From Microcoleus sp. (GTDB taxonomy: Bacteria > Cyanobacteriota > Cyanobacteriia > Cyanobacteriales > Microcoleaceae), in contig CP181291.1 in assembly GCA_052279835.1 (NCBI GenBank), positions 3,488,001 to 3,552,000 on the forward strand: a stretch of DNA of 64,000 nt, written 5' to 3'. Positions within the stretch are counted from its first letter, which is position 1. Each line of letters opens with the position of its first letter. Both the position numbers and the translations under genes were made by a program. Shown here piece after piece: positions 49,473-58,944 of the stretch. Below the pieces are notes generated by a model. It was given only the letters and a program-made list of their open reading frames with translations. It ran no database searches and was not told where the DNA came from.

Positions 49473-49473
49473 G

Positions 49474-50193
49474 CTAGATGCGTCGATCGCACCGATAATG
49501 CAAAAACACCTCACCCCCCACCTGTTTTACCGCCAACAGCTCCAATTTGGGCGCTAAATCCGCTAAAAAACCCTTTCCCTCCACAGGTGTCGGTGCATCC
49601 GCGCCGCCCAAAATTAGCGGGCACACCGTCAGCCAGAGCTCGTCGATGCAGCCTACAGCGAGCACAGACGCGACGAGTTTTCCGCCTCCTAAAATTGCCA
49701 AACGTTCGATTCCGAGGGCTTCTAGTTGTTGAAAAGCATCAATCCAATCGATTTCTCCCTCGATGGTGTTGGCGATTAAAGTGCGATCGAACATCGAAGA
49801 AAAAGACAAATTACTTGGAGTTTGACTCTCCCCATCCCCCCCTCTCCCAATCTCCCCATCCCCGTCTCTCCCAGTTAGCAGCCAGCGGGGAACTGGTTGC
49901 TGGAAAAATCGCCAGTTGGGGTCAAATTCGCGCGATCGCGAACATACAATTTGCAAGGGTTGTGGAGGCTTTCCTTGCAGTTTTCTTTGTTCGAGCAAAT
50001 CGGGGGAAATTACTCTCATAGTGGTTCCATAGGCGCGTAAAGTGCCGTTTCCGAAGAGAACTGCATCACTGTTGGCAACTTGTTGTTCGAGGTGAGATTT
50101 GTCGTTAGCTGAACCGAATCTGGCGGCGGTGAAGGTGGCATCTGTAATTTTGCCATCGGCACTCATGGCGAGTATTACTGTTGTGTGAAGCAT
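49474..50193 (-). CDS. RibD C-terminal reductase family protein
   Basis: AMSADGKI, G.GT, GGGKL, DEL..TVCP. Confidence 0.88.
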   Translation of the reverse strand: MLHTTVILAMSADGKITDATFTAARFGSANDKSHLEQQVANSDAVLFGNGTLRAYGTTMRVISPDLLEQRKLQGKPPQPLQIVCSRSREFDPNWRFFQQPVPRWLLTGRDGDGEIGRGGDGESQTPSNLSFSSMFDRTLIANTIEGEIDWIDAFQQLEALGIERLAILGGGKLVASVLAVGCIDELWLTVCPLILGGADAPTPVEGKGFLADLAPKLELLAVKQVGGEVFLHYRCDRRI

Positions 50194-50221
50194 TGGATTT
50201 GGGTTTCGAGAATTTCAATCG

Positions 50222-50776
50222 CTAATTTCCTAACAAGCGATAGATCGCAACTGCAACATCAGGAAATGCCAGCGGATTAATATTACCATGAGTTAGAGTT
50301 TCTCTGAATTGATAGCCTTCATCGGTAGGATCTCGAAACACGATTAATTCCATAGTTCGCAAATTGACAACCCAATACTCACAAATGCCTGCTTGCGCGT
50401 AAATCTGGCTCTTGATTCCCAAGTTTTTAGTCAGAGTAGAATTAGAGTATTCTATCAGCCAAAAGATGTTTTCTGGATAGGGGTGATGTTCTCGATAATT
50501 TTGTCCCAAACGTTGAATTACAGCGATATCTGGTTCTGGTTCGGAGTTGTTAAGTGGCAAGGTAATCGGCTTACCTTGCCGCACTTTAGCCCGATCGCCT
50601 AACAAGTACATTAGGTACTCTCCAGCCTCATCGCTACAGTAAGCATGAGATTCTCCTTCGGGAGCCATTTCGATGATTTCTCCACCTATTAGTTCAACTT
50701 TTCGCCCTTCCAGAATCCCGGCTTCAATGATGCGGTGGTAGTCTGCAACCGTCCATTTTACAGTTGTGACGCTCAC
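50222..50776 (-). CDS. Uma2 family endonuclease
   Basis: WTVADYHR, VELIGGEI, EPEPDIA, YAQAGI.EYWVVNL; AGGAG before GTG. Confidence 0.92.
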   Translation of the reverse strand: MSVTTVKWTVADYHRIIEAGILEGRKVELIGGEIIEMAPEGESHAYCSDEAGEYLMYLLGDRAKVRQGKPITLPLNNSEPEPDIAVIQRLGQNYREHHPYPENIFWLIEYSNSTLTKNLGIKSQIYAQAGICEYWVVNLRTMELIVFRDPTDEGYQFRETLTHGNINPLAFPDVAVAIYRLLGN

Positions 50777-50801
50777 GGCGATTACTCCTATGTTTTTATT
50801 G

Positions 50802-50873
50802 TTATTGTACAGGCGATCGCACATTTATCTCAAAGAGGTTGGCAATCCAGATTTCACCTCGTCTAATTGTCAT
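50802..50873 (-). pseudogene. truncated PemK/MazF toxin
   Basis: MTIRRGEIWIANL, ATGA-coupled to upstream gene; stops after 23 aa. Confidence 0.7.
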
Positions 50874-51100
50874 GCCAAATTCTCATGTTTGAGAAGTTCT
50901 GCATATTCGCTGATTCCGAGTTCTGCAAGTTCTCTGTCTTCTTCGGCAAATTCGCTGTAGAGTTCAGCTAAGTTAGTTTCATCGATCGCAGGAATAGTCA
51001 CTAATCTGGCACGGAATTTCAGGAAGCTAATAAATTCAAATACTTGTTGGAGTTGTTCTCGATCGAACTTTTCTAATTCTTGTTGGATTAACTCTCTCAT
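50870..51100 (-). CDS. putative antitoxin
   Basis: LQQVFEFISFLKFR and acidic tail; coupled to the MazF remnant. Confidence 0.7.
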   Translation of the reverse strand: MRELIQQELEKFDREQLQQVFEFISFLKFRARLVTIPAIDETNLAELYSEFAEEDRELAELGISEYAELLKHENLA

Positions 51101-51137
51101 GACAGTTACTTTTATTGTCAATTTTTCTGTATTATAG

Positions 51138-51301
51138 CCCGATCGCCCATCCACCCAAAAACCAGATCGCGGGGCCCAGAAACCTGGTTTTTTCGACAAT
51201 ACTCGATCGCAAGCCACAAATTTGGCCAAAAACCCGGTTTCTTTGTCGGAGTCGGTAAATCCCGTACACAAAAAACCCGATCGCCCATCCACCCAAAAAC
51301 C
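51138..51301. repeat. AGAAACC element flanked by 26-bp direct repeats
   Basis: CCCGATCGCCCATCCACCCAAAAACC at 51138 and 51276. Confidence 0.8.
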
Positions 51302-51448
51302 GGCGGTTGTCACCCCGTCAGCCCCGGCGGTTGAAACCGCGTGTATACAAACAAAACCCGGATGGTCCGCGGGTTGAACAATTTACAGTCTAAATATTTA
51401 ATCAAAGTATGTTATTTTAGCATTAGACCTAGTTACAGGACGATCGCA

Positions 51449-51631
51449 GTGAACCAAGTCGTAACACTAGAACTTCGAGATGAATTGTATGTAGCTTTAA
51501 AGCAACAGGCTGAAAGTGTTGGTATATCTCTGGCAGAGTAGATTGCTGTTGCACTTGAACAACAAAGCATCTTATTAATTCAACTAAAAACTGATGCAGA
51601 AAAAGAGGTGGCGCGTCAGCGGTTTCGTCAA
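51449..51631 (+). pseudogene. RHH antitoxin-like gene with internal stop
   Basis: VTLELRDELYVALKQQAESVGISLAE*IA...EKEVARQRFR; TAG at 51539. Confidence 0.6.
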
Positions 51632-51651
51632 ATAAGCCTAGCAGGGCTCGC

Positions 51652-51972
51652 ATGGAAACTATTGGTAAGGACATGGGAAGTGAAGCTGAAGCTTTTAAGT
51701 TTATGGCAAGTTTCAGCGATTTTGCTAAGGAAAAGTATGTTTGGCAAGCGGTGGCGGATACTCGGAGTTTGAGTGCGGGTTTGAGGTTGCTAGAAAATGC
51801 GATTCACACGATTGAGGGGATTATTGAGATTGAGAGGGCTAAGAGCGATCGCACTTTGAATGTTACGATCGGGGCTGTGGGTGTGGGAATTGCCACCAGT
51901 GGGGTTTACGCGAGTGTTTATGCAGGCCAAGTTGCACCTCCGAAAAATCCGATGGATGTGAATAGCGACTGA
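51652..51972 (+). pseudogene. C-terminal fragment of a larger membrane-anchored protein
   Basis: LLENAIHTIEGIIEIERAKSDR followed by one hydrophobic segment; no evident N-terminal part. Confidence 0.45.
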
Positions 51973-52172
51973 GACTACAGATTAATACTGTACTTGATGA
52001 ACCTGTAATATACTATCAATCTACCGCTCCTCCACCAAAATGTAGATATTACAGAGCAGCCACTCTCAAAAATTACCTCAACCTAATCAGCACTTAGGAC
52101 GATTCCGCTCCGGTAATTGCCCTGATAACTTAAGAACATCAACCACTACTTCATTCCTTGCAGAGGTGTATC

Positions 52173-52445
52173 ATGTTCGGACTTTCTATCTTGGCTATGT
52201 ACGTGATGACTTTTTTGATACTGACTCAACCTATGAGTAGCGGTAGGACTCGCGACTGGTGGGTGGAAGTGGATACAGACTCAGGAAACCGCACTTATTA
52301 CTTTGGTCCCTATCGAACTAAAGATGAAGCCGACAATAGCACGATCGGCTATATCAGAGACCTGGAGAGGAAAGGAGCTAAAAAAATTAGCATCGACATC
52401 AAACAAGGTCGCCAACCCAGCCAACTACAAACCAGCGAAGAGTAA
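52173..52445 (+). CDS. DUF1816 family protein
   Basis: WWVEV.T.....YYFGPY....A....GYI.DL...GA. Confidence 0.85.
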   Translation: MFGLSILAMYVMTFLILTQPMSSGRTRDWWVEVDTDSGNRTYYFGPYRTKDEADNSTIGYIRDLERKGAKKISIDIKQGRQPSQLQTSEE

Positions 52446-52617
52446 CACGAAAGGTTGAAGGCTAAAACATGAATAAGTCGATCGATATAAATCCTGTCAC
52501 ATTGCGGGTTCACAAATATCCATAACTTCACATCTAGATATTTGTCAACCCGCCTAAATCCAAGAACAGGTTTGCATTCCTTCCTTGGTTCATCAGGTAT
52601 CGGTGACGGCAGTTTTT

Positions 52618-53643
52618 TCAAAGCAGCCCTTGGTTTAAATGGCTGCGAGGATTAAAAGTACGATTTGCCTTGATTTTTTCATAACATTCCCGTTCGAGAG
52701 TGCTGATTTCTTTTGGCGGTACGATCGCAATTTTCACCAAAAGATCCGTTCGTTCCTCTTTGTTAGGTTTCGGCCATCCCTTACCCCGCAACCGCAAAGA
52801 CTGTCCCGATCGCATTCCCGCAGGAAATTTTACCGTTATCATACCTTCGGGTGCCGGCACCTCAATCGACGCTCCCAAAACCGCTTCATCGGGAGTTATC
52901 GGCACTTCACAAACCAAATTTTCTCCCTCAAACTGGAAGAAAGGATGAGGCAAAACTTCTACTTTCAAGTACAAATCTCCCTGCTGCTTCGTATAGGGAT
53001 CGATTTGACCTTTGCCTTTCACCCGAATTTTGCTACCAGTTTTCACTCCCGCAGGAATCGAAACTTCCCCGCTGGCGACTTTCTTAGAAGTGCCGCGAAA
53101 TGCTTCCCCCAAAGTCAGGGAAATACTGACTTCAGTGTTGAGAGAGGTTCCCGCTGCGCGGTTTTCATACCCCGCAAAATCTTCAAATCCGCCAAAACCA
53201 GTCGGACCCCCTGCGGTAGTGCGGTAGTTGCTGTAATTCCACTTACCACTGCGGCCGGCACTAGCACCCGCGCCGCCACCCCGGCCGAGCAATGTATTGA
53301 TAAATTCATCAAAACTGCCGTACTGGCTGAAGTCCACGCCTCCAAAGTCTGTAGGGCCACTTCCCGAAGGCCCGCCACCACCGGGCCAGCCCCCAGTCGT
53401 TGCAGCAGCTTGCTTCCAATATTGACCATATTGGTCGTATTTTTTGCGTTTTTCTGGATCTGACAAAACTTCGTAGGCTTCGTTGACTTCTTTAAAACGA
53501 GCTTCGGCTTCCTTGTTTCCTGGGTTCATGTCCGGGTGATATTTCCGGGCTAGTTTGCGGAAAGTTTTTTTAATTTCATCTGCGCTGGTAGTTTTGTTGA
53601 GTCCCAAAATAGCGTAATAGTCTTTAAAGTCGGTTGCAGCCAT
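52618..53643 (-). CDS. DnaJ/CbpA-type J-domain chaperone (no zinc finger)
   Basis: DYYAILG, HPD, G/F region, C-terminal LRLRGKG. Confidence 0.93.
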   Translation of the reverse strand: MAATDFKDYYAILGLNKTTSADEIKKTFRKLARKYHPDMNPGNKEAEARFKEVNEAYEVLSDPEKRKKYDQYGQYWKQAAATTGGWPGGGGPSGSGPTDFGGVDFSQYGSFDEFINTLLGRGGGAGASAGRSGKWNYSNYRTTAGGPTGFGGFEDFAGYENRAAGTSLNTEVSISLTLGEAFRGTSKKVASGEVSIPAGVKTGSKIRVKGKGQIDPYTKQQGDLYLKVEVLPHPFFQFEGENLVCEVPITPDEAVLGASIEVPAPEGMITVKFPAGMRSGQSLRLRGKGWPKPNKEERTDLLVKIAIVPPKEISTLERECYEKIKANRTFNPRSHLNQGLL

Positions 53644-53933
53644 TTACCAATCTCCTCTTTATTAGTTGTTACTTGTTAGTTTTTAGAAGCAATAAATCCT
53701 AGATTCACAGGATAGGCAATAATTTTGATGCTGGCGGTGAATGTTCCCTGGGGCATCTCATCCAAATTATAGGTTATCAAATGTTTGGAGTCGATCGAGT
53801 GCGGTTGTTCCAAGCTTTACGTCCGCAATTTCCACACCTAGTCAGATTTGAGATGGGATATTTAAGATTTTAAATTAGGGAACTGTGTCATTACCGGCTG
53901 TGGGCATTTTGGCATGGTGGAGGCTATGCTAGG

Positions 53934-54108
53934 GATGTGGCTGTGGTAGCTGGGGTGATGTGCGCCCCGTTTACTCTCACGATCGCTCTTTGGACTCGAT
54001 GACTACAAGGCGAATCGTCTTCAGCGAGTCCGGGCGCGCGATCGTCTTTATCTATTTTGGGAGCGCTGAAAATTTTACACTCAACTCCCTTTTTCACAAC
54101 CGCCCATC
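53934..54108 (-). ncRNA. candidate 6S-like rod-shaped RNA
   Basis: Nested stems GATG/CATC, GGTTGTG/CACAGCC, AGTTG/CAGCT, GCGCTCC/GGGGCGC, ACGATCGC/GCGATCGT, GGACTCG/CGAGTCC with purine-rich internal bubble. Confidence 0.5.
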
Positions 54109-54363
54109 TAATTTTTAGATTCCCAAACCCAAAAAAAGCTGTTTGTCTAAAGGAGTATTCTGATTTTGTCGCTACTCTTCATATCAATAAAATGTTGTCT
54201 TTGTCAAGGGTTAGTAGTCAGATTTTTTATGGTTTATAGATAGATTTAATTCAACAGCAAACTGCACATTTATGGAGTTTTTTGTTAACTAGAACACACA
54301 CTTTCCAAAAAATTAAGATAGGATGGGATTTCAATAAATTATTCACACTACCAGGGTGACAAG

Positions 54364-54570
54364 ATGATTAACTATTTGCTGGGCTGGCCTTGTGGCTGCT
54401 GCGACGATTGGAAGGATCTTTCCGAGAACTCGATTGTACTCAGAAGCGGGCAGCATATTTGTCAGTCTTGCTACGATCGCAAACTCCAGACTCAGAAGCT
54501 AGCGGCCAGACGCAAGAGAGCGAAGATTTCTGTATCAGATCAGACTGTTTTACAGACTTTGCCTCACTAA
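54364..54570 (+). CDS. small putative zinc-ribbon protein
   Basis: CGCC...CQSC plus basic tail. Confidence 0.4.
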   Translation: MINYLLGWPCGCCDDWKDLSENSIVLRSGQHICQSCYDRKLQTQKLAARRKRAKISVSDQTVLQTLPH

Positions 54571-54845
54571 TGGGCGATCGCCACAGAAGTTAGCAAGTAG
54601 GTTAGCCAAATTCGAGGGGCGATGGAGAGCGATCGTCAACAGCGATTTTTCATGGGGGCAATTATATAGAGCGATCGTTAGTCATTAGTCATTGCTCATC
54701 CCTCGCTGTTAATTATTCATTAATTCACAATCATTTATCATCAGTTATCGATCGGGTATGCCACAGATTTAAAATTCAATAACAAACTACTGAGAACTAA
54801 TGAATAACTAATTATGAGTAAGAGCGAATGACTAATAACTAATAA

Positions 54846-56136
54846 CTAAATGATTGTGCCATCGGGAATCGTAGCATTTTTCAGCACTACCACAATGCCG
54901 CTGCGAATGTAAAAACCTTCGCTTTCGCGATTGGCTTCTTCTACTCGGTCTTTATTAATGATTTGAACATTGCGGCCGATGCGTGCATTTTTATCCACAA
55001 TCGCGCGGCGAATTGTGGTATCTGCACCGATGCCCAGGGCAACGCCACTGTTTTCCAATGCTGAATGGCGTTCGGCATCGGGTTCGTAGAAGTCAGAACC
55101 CATGACGAGGGTGTCTTGAATTGTACATCCGGCTTCAATGCGCGATCGAACTCCCAACACAGAATGGTCGATCCGGCACTGTTTGAGAATACACCCTTCG
55201 GCAATAATTGATTCAGTCACCCTAGAATCTAACAACTTAGTCGGTGGCAAGAAACGCGGGCGAGTGTAAATGGGAGCATTTTCATCGTAGAAACTGAAAG
55301 GAGGCTTAGGCTGTTTGGTCAGCGCCAAATTAGCATCATAAAAAGCCTCTATGGTTCCAATATCTTCCCAGTAATCGTCAAATAAATAAGCTTGAACGTT
55401 ATGGTCTTTTGCCGATGCCGGAATAATCTCTTTACCAAAATCAGTTTGGTTTAAGGATTCTTTAAGAAGTTTAATCAGAACCTCTTTTTTGAAAACATAA
55501 ATCCCCATCGAAGCAATGTAAGGACTTTCCTTGGCTTGTTCTGATGTCAGTCCCAGTGTAGTTGTATCCACCTGCATTGCTTTGAGCGCATCGCCTTTTG
55601 GCTTTTCGCTAAAAGAAACAACCCGACCATTGTCGTCAATTTTCATCAAACCAAAATCCGACGCCCGCTTCTCATCCATGGGCAAAACCGACAGGGTAAT
55701 GTCAGCATTGGTTTGGCGGTGTCTCTCCACAAATTTGCGGTAGTCCATGCGATAAAGGTGGTCGCCGGAAAGAATCAAGTATTCGTCAACATCCCACTCT
55801 TGTAGCAGCCAGAGATACTGGCGAAACTGCATCGGCTGTCCCTTGAAACCAGTCAGGGTTTTCCTGAGTTTGCTGGGCCGCTAGTACCTCGGCAAATCCG
55901 TCTGTGAAGCCGGAAAATTGGTAGGTACGAGCAATGTGGCGGTTCAGGGATGCCGAGTTGAATTGGGTAAGGACGTAGATTTTGAGTATTTCTGAGTTGA
56001 TGCAATTGCTGACTGGAATATCGATGAGGCGATATTTGCCGGCAAGGGGAACCGCGGGTTTGGCGCGCAGTTTGGTTAGGGGGTAAAGGCGGGTGCCTAC
56101 ACCGCCACCGAGAATGATGGCTAATACTCTTTTCAA
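54846..56136 (-). CDS. glgC: glucose-1-phosphate adenylyltransferase, split by +1 frameshift at ~55824-55826
   Basis: [27 protein letters not shown] | RQYLW, LSGDHLY, YWEDIGT. Confidence 0.95.
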
Positions 56137-56376
56137 GGAACTTCCTCCAGGGGGCCGATGAACTCTCCAAGTCCAGTGTCTGATGGTGAGGACTTCTTGA
56201 CAAGGGGGGAACTTTGGATTTTGGATTTTAGATTATAGATTGGGGATTTTTGAGTTTAAATACTTATCAATAAATTGAGTATATCTTCAAAAAGATCTTG
56301 TATTTTCTACCAAAAGTTAGATACCTCAGCAACCTCTGCTACATTAGCCTAAGCCATAGCAAGCTAGGAAAACTGT

Positions 56377-57852
56377 ATGCAGATTCAAACGCCAGACTGG
56401 GTTAAACACGCCGTATTCTACCAAATATTCCCCGATCGCTTCGCCAAAAGCAAACAGCCCCGCCAACGCCTGCTACAAAACTTCATGTGGGAGGAGTGGC
56501 ACGAAATCCCGACCCTGCAAGGCTACAAAGGTGGCGACTTGTGGGGCGTGATGGAACAGCTAGACTACTTGCAAGATTTAGGGATTAACGCCATTTACTT
56601 TACCCCGATTTTTCAATCGGCGAGCAATCACCGCTATCACACTCACGACTACTATCAAGTCGATCCGATGTTGGGCGGTAATCAGGCTTTTAAAGATCTT
56701 CTAGATGCTGCTCACGCCCACAACATCAAAATCGTCCTCGATGGCGTATTTAACCACGCCAGCCGCGGCTTTTTCTTCTTCCACGACATCCTCGAAAACG
56801 GCTCCCATTCTCCCTGGTTGGATTGGTTTAAAATTGAAGGCTGGCCGCTAGCTCCCTACGATGGCAATTATCCGGCTAATTACGCCGGTTGGGATGGCAA
56901 TCGAGCGCTACCTGTATTCAATCACGACAATCCAGAAGTCCGGGAATATATCATGGAAATAGCCGAATACTGGATTAAGTTCGGCATTGACGGCTGGCGG
57001 CTAGATGTTCCTTTTGAAATTAAAACGCCAGGATTTTGGCAGGAATTTCGAGACCGAGTGAAGGCGATTAATCCGGAAGCTTACATTGTGGGCGAAGTCT
57101 GGGAAGATGCGAGGGAATGGCTCGACGGTACCCAATTTGATGGGGTGATGAATTATCTGTTTGCTGGCCCGACTATTGCTTTTACAGCGGGCGATCGAGT
57201 AGATTTAGCTCAAATTGAAGGTCGTGCTTACCGTCCCTATCCGCCACTTTTTGCTCAGGAGTACGGCGAAAAAGTTCAGCACGTTTTAGAATTGTATCCT
57301 TGGCCGATTCAGCTCACTCAACTCAATTTGTTAGCCAGTCACGACACCGCCCGGTTATTGTCCATTGCCGGAGGCGACGAAAAAAGTGTTGAACTTGCTA
57401 CCTTGTTGCTGTTAACTTTTCCCGGAGCTCCCAGCATTTATTACGGCGATGAAGTTGGTTTACCTGGTGCTCTCGATCCCGATTCCCGTCGCGGTTTTCC
57501 GATGAAATCAGATTGGAAACTGGATGTTTTAGATTACCACAAGCAATTGATAGCTTTGCGACAAAAATACTGTGCTCTCCGCACCGGAGGGTATGAAATT
57601 TTGTTTGCTCAGGGAACAGTTTATGTTTTTGCGAGAATCTTGGGGGATGAAGAAATTGTGGTTGCGGTCAATGTCGCCACAGAAGCTGCACATATTAGCT
57701 TTGAAATGCAGGTAACAGATCCCGGCCGAAGTTTCAAATATGCTCACCCGAAAGTGCTGTTTGGTCAAGGTGAGTTTGTTTGGAAAGAGGCAGGGGAAAC
57801 TCGGTATTTAGAATTGAGTCTGCCGGCGCGATCGGGCTTGATTTTAGGTTAA
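56377..57852 (+). CDS. GH13 neopullulanase/cyclomaltodextrinase
   Basis: FYQIFPDRF, LDGVFNH, DGWRLDV, GEVW, SHD, YYGDE. Confidence 0.93.
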   Translation: MQIQTPDWVKHAVFYQIFPDRFAKSKQPRQRLLQNFMWEEWHEIPTLQGYKGGDLWGVMEQLDYLQDLGINAIYFTPIFQSASNHRYHTHDYYQVDPMLGGNQAFKDLLDAAHAHNIKIVLDGVFNHASRGFFFFHDILENGSHSPWLDWFKIEGWPLAPYDGNYPANYAGWDGNRALPVFNHDNPEVREYIMEIAEYWIKFGIDGWRLDVPFEIKTPGFWQEFRDRVKAINPEAYIVGEVWEDAREWLDGTQFDGVMNYLFAGPTIAFTAGDRVDLAQIEGRAYRPYPPLFAQEYGEKVQHVLELYPWPIQLTQLNLLASHDTARLLSIAGGDEKSVELATLLLLTFPGAPSIYYGDEVGLPGALDPDSRRGFPMKSDWKLDVLDYHKQLIALRQKYCALRTGGYEILFAQGTVYVFARILGDEEIVVAVNVATEAAHISFEMQVTDPGRSFKYAHPKVLFGQGEFVWKEAGETRYLELSLPARSGLILG

Positions 57853-57943
57853 GCTAATTTAGCAAGCAGTGGCTAAATTAGTCTGGGACGCAACCATCTT
57901 AAGAATAGGGCAACCATCGGGGTTGCCCCTAAAAATGTTACCC

Positions 57944-58402
57944 TTAATTGATTGCTTCTGGCTTGCGGAAAAATTGCTTTAAAATCTCTCCGGGCGATCG
58001 GTCCCAAGTATCAATATGTTCGTAAATTAAGCCATCTTCATCCAGCTTGTAAGTAGAATAGCCGTTGAAAAAAATCTGGGCCTTCCAGGGAACCCGCAAT
58101 ACCCCGCGAACAGTCCAATTTGCCAAAATAGTATCCGAGGCTGTCTGAGTCACGTCGTAGAGGTCAAAGAAAATTTCGGTAAAAAATAGTTGACCGTGAA
58201 ATCGCAGAGTCCAAAAGATAATTCGGTAGTTGATTTTTCCTTTAAATTTGTTAACAGGGTCTTGAAAATAAACATCTTTTGTGTAGATGTCGTAGGAGAT
58301 GTCTGTCTCAAAAAGGGTCGGGAGATCCGCTTTGAGTGTGTCTAGGGCTTGCGCTACCTGCTTTTGATATTCGATCGAACTCAAGATATCACCTTTTAAC
58401 AC
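57944..58402 (-). CDS. DUF2358 (NTF2/SnoaL-like) protein
   Basis: IYTKDVYFQDP...PWK...G.STY...HID.WD. Confidence 0.85.
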   Translation of the reverse strand: MLKGDILSSIEYQKQVAQALDTLKADLPTLFETDISYDIYTKDVYFQDPVNKFKGKINYRIIFWTLRFHGQLFFTEIFFDLYDVTQTASDTILANWTVRGVLRVPWKAQIFFNGYSTYKLDEDGLIYEHIDTWDRSPGEILKQFFRKPEAIN

Positions 58403-58459
58403 GAAGGGTACTTAACGTTTATACTGGCATTGCCATCTCACCACCCAAATAGAGATTTG

Positions 58460-58894
58460 ATGGATTACCCCCACTCCTCGGACATCATCGCAGAACTCAG
58501 CAGTGGCAAACTGTTGCTGGTAGATAGCCGTCGCCGGAACGGTCTAATTTTAATTAAACGTTTCCACGCGGAGTTTGCAGGGCCAGGGGCGGCCGTCGGG
58601 GGTGCTTTTGATGTTGACTCTCAGCAGGTAATTCCCGTAGGCGACTTTTGTTTGGTTTACCCTGAATCTCCCGAAGCAAGACAGAAAGCGTTTGGGATTC
58701 GGCGTCACTGGGTGCGGTTGACGGAACAGTTAACTGCTAAGCCGGAAGCTTTGGAACGCGCCCAAATGCTTTTAACTCAGTTTGAACAGTATTTTGATGT
58801 CCAAACAGTGGCACAAATTCCCGATCGAGCTTTGGCACTTTTAATCGGTGTCTTCCCCCAGACAATTCGTCAGGCACGACAGAGCGATCGTTAA
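58460..58894 (+). CDS. conserved cyanobacterial protein with C-terminal Crp-like HTH
   Basis: HAEFAGPGAAVG...LALLIGVFPQTI. Confidence 0.65.
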   Translation: MDYPHSSDIIAELSSGKLLLVDSRRRNGLILIKRFHAEFAGPGAAVGGAFDVDSQQVIPVGDFCLVYPESPEARQKAFGIRRHWVRLTEQLTAKPEALERAQMLLTQFEQYFDVQTVAQIPDRALALLIGVFPQTIRQARQSDR

Positions 58895-58944
58895 AAATGG
58901 TATGATTAATTTTGGTCATCTCATACCATTTTTTAAGGTTTTTG

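Noticed and set aside
49422..50021. 199-aa plus-strand ORF
   Set aside because: Starts in a repeat and is antisense to the RibD-like gene
50870..51313. 147-aa ORF as called
   Set aside because: First 71 codons are repeat-derived (KKPGF, KETGF); the plausible start is ATG at 51100
52639..53463. 274-aa plus-strand ORF
   Set aside because: Antisense shadow of the J-domain chaperone gene
53934..54108. SRP RNA, tmRNA or tRNA
   Set aside because: No SRP GGAA-loop/AGCAG motif, tRNA-like ends or cloverleaf seen
55820..55832. Programmed frameshift in glgC (and feoA)
   Set aside because: Only a 3-T run; no slippery heptamer or stimulatory structure seen
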